In this document: one piece after another, positions 62,825 through 64,000 of the stretch
Layout: each line of letters starts with the position of its first letter
Numbering within the stretch: the stretch's first letter is position 1
DNA from: Glaucostegus cemiculus
Taxonomy: Eukaryota
DNA length: 64,000 nt
Direction of reading: 5' to 3'
NCBI GenBank assembly: GCA_976551045.1
Contig: CDPCPM010000418.1
Span: 4,836,001-4,900,000, forward strand
Made by a program: the position numbers and the translations under genes
Notes under the pieces: generated by a model
Seen by the model: the letters and a program-made list of their open reading frames with translations, nothing else
Databases searched by the model: none
What the model was told of the DNA's origin: nothing

Positions 62825-63685
62825 AACATTTTAAACAAAATTAGAGCATGTGGTATTAGAGATAATATGCTGGTATAACTTGAGGACTGGTTAATGGAGA
62901 TAACAGTAAGAACAGTAAGTCACTTCTGTGTTGGGAAGTTATGAATAATGGGGTGCTACAGGCCATGGTGGGCTGTGAGGAAGGTCTAGAGAGGCTTCAG
63001 GGGAATGTACACAGGTTAGGTGAATGTGTAAGGATATGGCAGCTGGAATATAATGTGGCAAGATGTGAGGTCATACATTCTGATAGAACAAGTAGAAAAG
63101 TGGAGCACTTTTTCTAATGGCAGAAGATTGACAGATGTTGATGTTCGTAGGGACCTGAGTTTTCCTTAAACATGAATTATTCAAAGTTTACATGCTGGTA
63201 AATCAAGCAATTTGGAATGCAAAGGGTATGTTGGCTTATATTGGAACAGGATTTGAACACAAGAATGGAAACACCTCCTCCAATTACATTGTTTCCCCTG
63301 AGATCACTTATGAAAATGTGTACAGGACTATTTTCCCTTCCAAAGGAGGGATATGCTTTAGATAAAGGGGATGTAGTTAAGATTCACTAGTTTGATTCGT
63401 GGGATGGTGCATTTGTCATATTATGGAAAGATTAAATAGACTGAGTCTGTGACATGACATATACTCTTTCTCCTGGCTGGGATGCCTAGAATCAGGTGTC
63501 ACAATCCAAAGTAAGAGGTCAGCCACTAGGGACAGAGATTAGAAGGTGGTTGTGGAAATTCATTCACTAAGTATATTCAAGATAGTGATCAATACCTTTT
63601 TAGATATTAGAAATAAAGGGATATGGGGTTAGTGTAGGCACTAAGAGGTCAATGCCTTACTCTTGCTTCTATTTCATATGTGCTG
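62825..63685 (+). mobile_element. Older CR1 remnant, right half (left half at about 58340-58569)
   Basis: Removing the young CR1 rejoins VPHK-NILNKIRA in frame; the remnant continues to a decayed CR1 3' end. Confidence 0.8.
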
Positions 63686-64000
63686 CAGGGACAAGAAAAG
63701 GTGTGGGTGGTGAGGGCGGTAAGGGGAAGAGATAATGAAAATAGAATTATTAAGGGACTCATTTAGTTTGATTATACTCTATTATATGTGTTGGGATATT
63801 CTACCACATTAGAGAGACAACATTGGTATGCTGCTTAACATTATCCCACAGAACGCTGATTCTTTATGGTGCTCCAAGTCCCTCAGTCTGAATTGTAGCA
63901 GATACATACTCCACTGTACTTTAAACAAAAATCTGTTCACATTATGTGTTGCTGTGGTAGGAACCTTGTGCAAATGGCTGCCCTCCATTCCACTGCATAT

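Overview
Eukaryotic (vertebrate) genomic DNA, not prokaryotic. The repeat content (CR1/HER1-type LINEs, V-SINE/HE1-type SINEs, Deu-domain SINEs, Penelope, RTE, Rex-Babar) points to a cartilaginous fish, possibly a ray (inference). Two protein-coding genes lie convergently, as at human 11q23. (1) BCL9L (+ strand): last two coding exons (3034-3270, 3769-4955) and a 3' UTR to about 6980. (2) A complete two-exon CXCR5 (- strand): exon 2 at 35753-36811 plus an 18-codon exon 1 at 45472-45525 that the ORF track misses; the joined protein is 370 aa. Its promoter carries a perfect octamer, and a 15-mer containing it recurs about 10.5 kb upstream. The rest is mostly decayed, often nested retroelements: a near full-length CR1 (58570-62824) with an internal promoter and triple splice donor, a young Rex-Babar copy with a 7-bp TSD, two solo-LTR candidates, and Penelope remnants with decayed minimal hammerhead cores. 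A nested inverted-repeat block contains a 79-nt near-perfect hairpin (49868-49946). I found no convincing novel multi-gene system; the best leads are regulatory and RNA-structural. TE boundaries were read by eye and are approximate unless a TSD is quoted.
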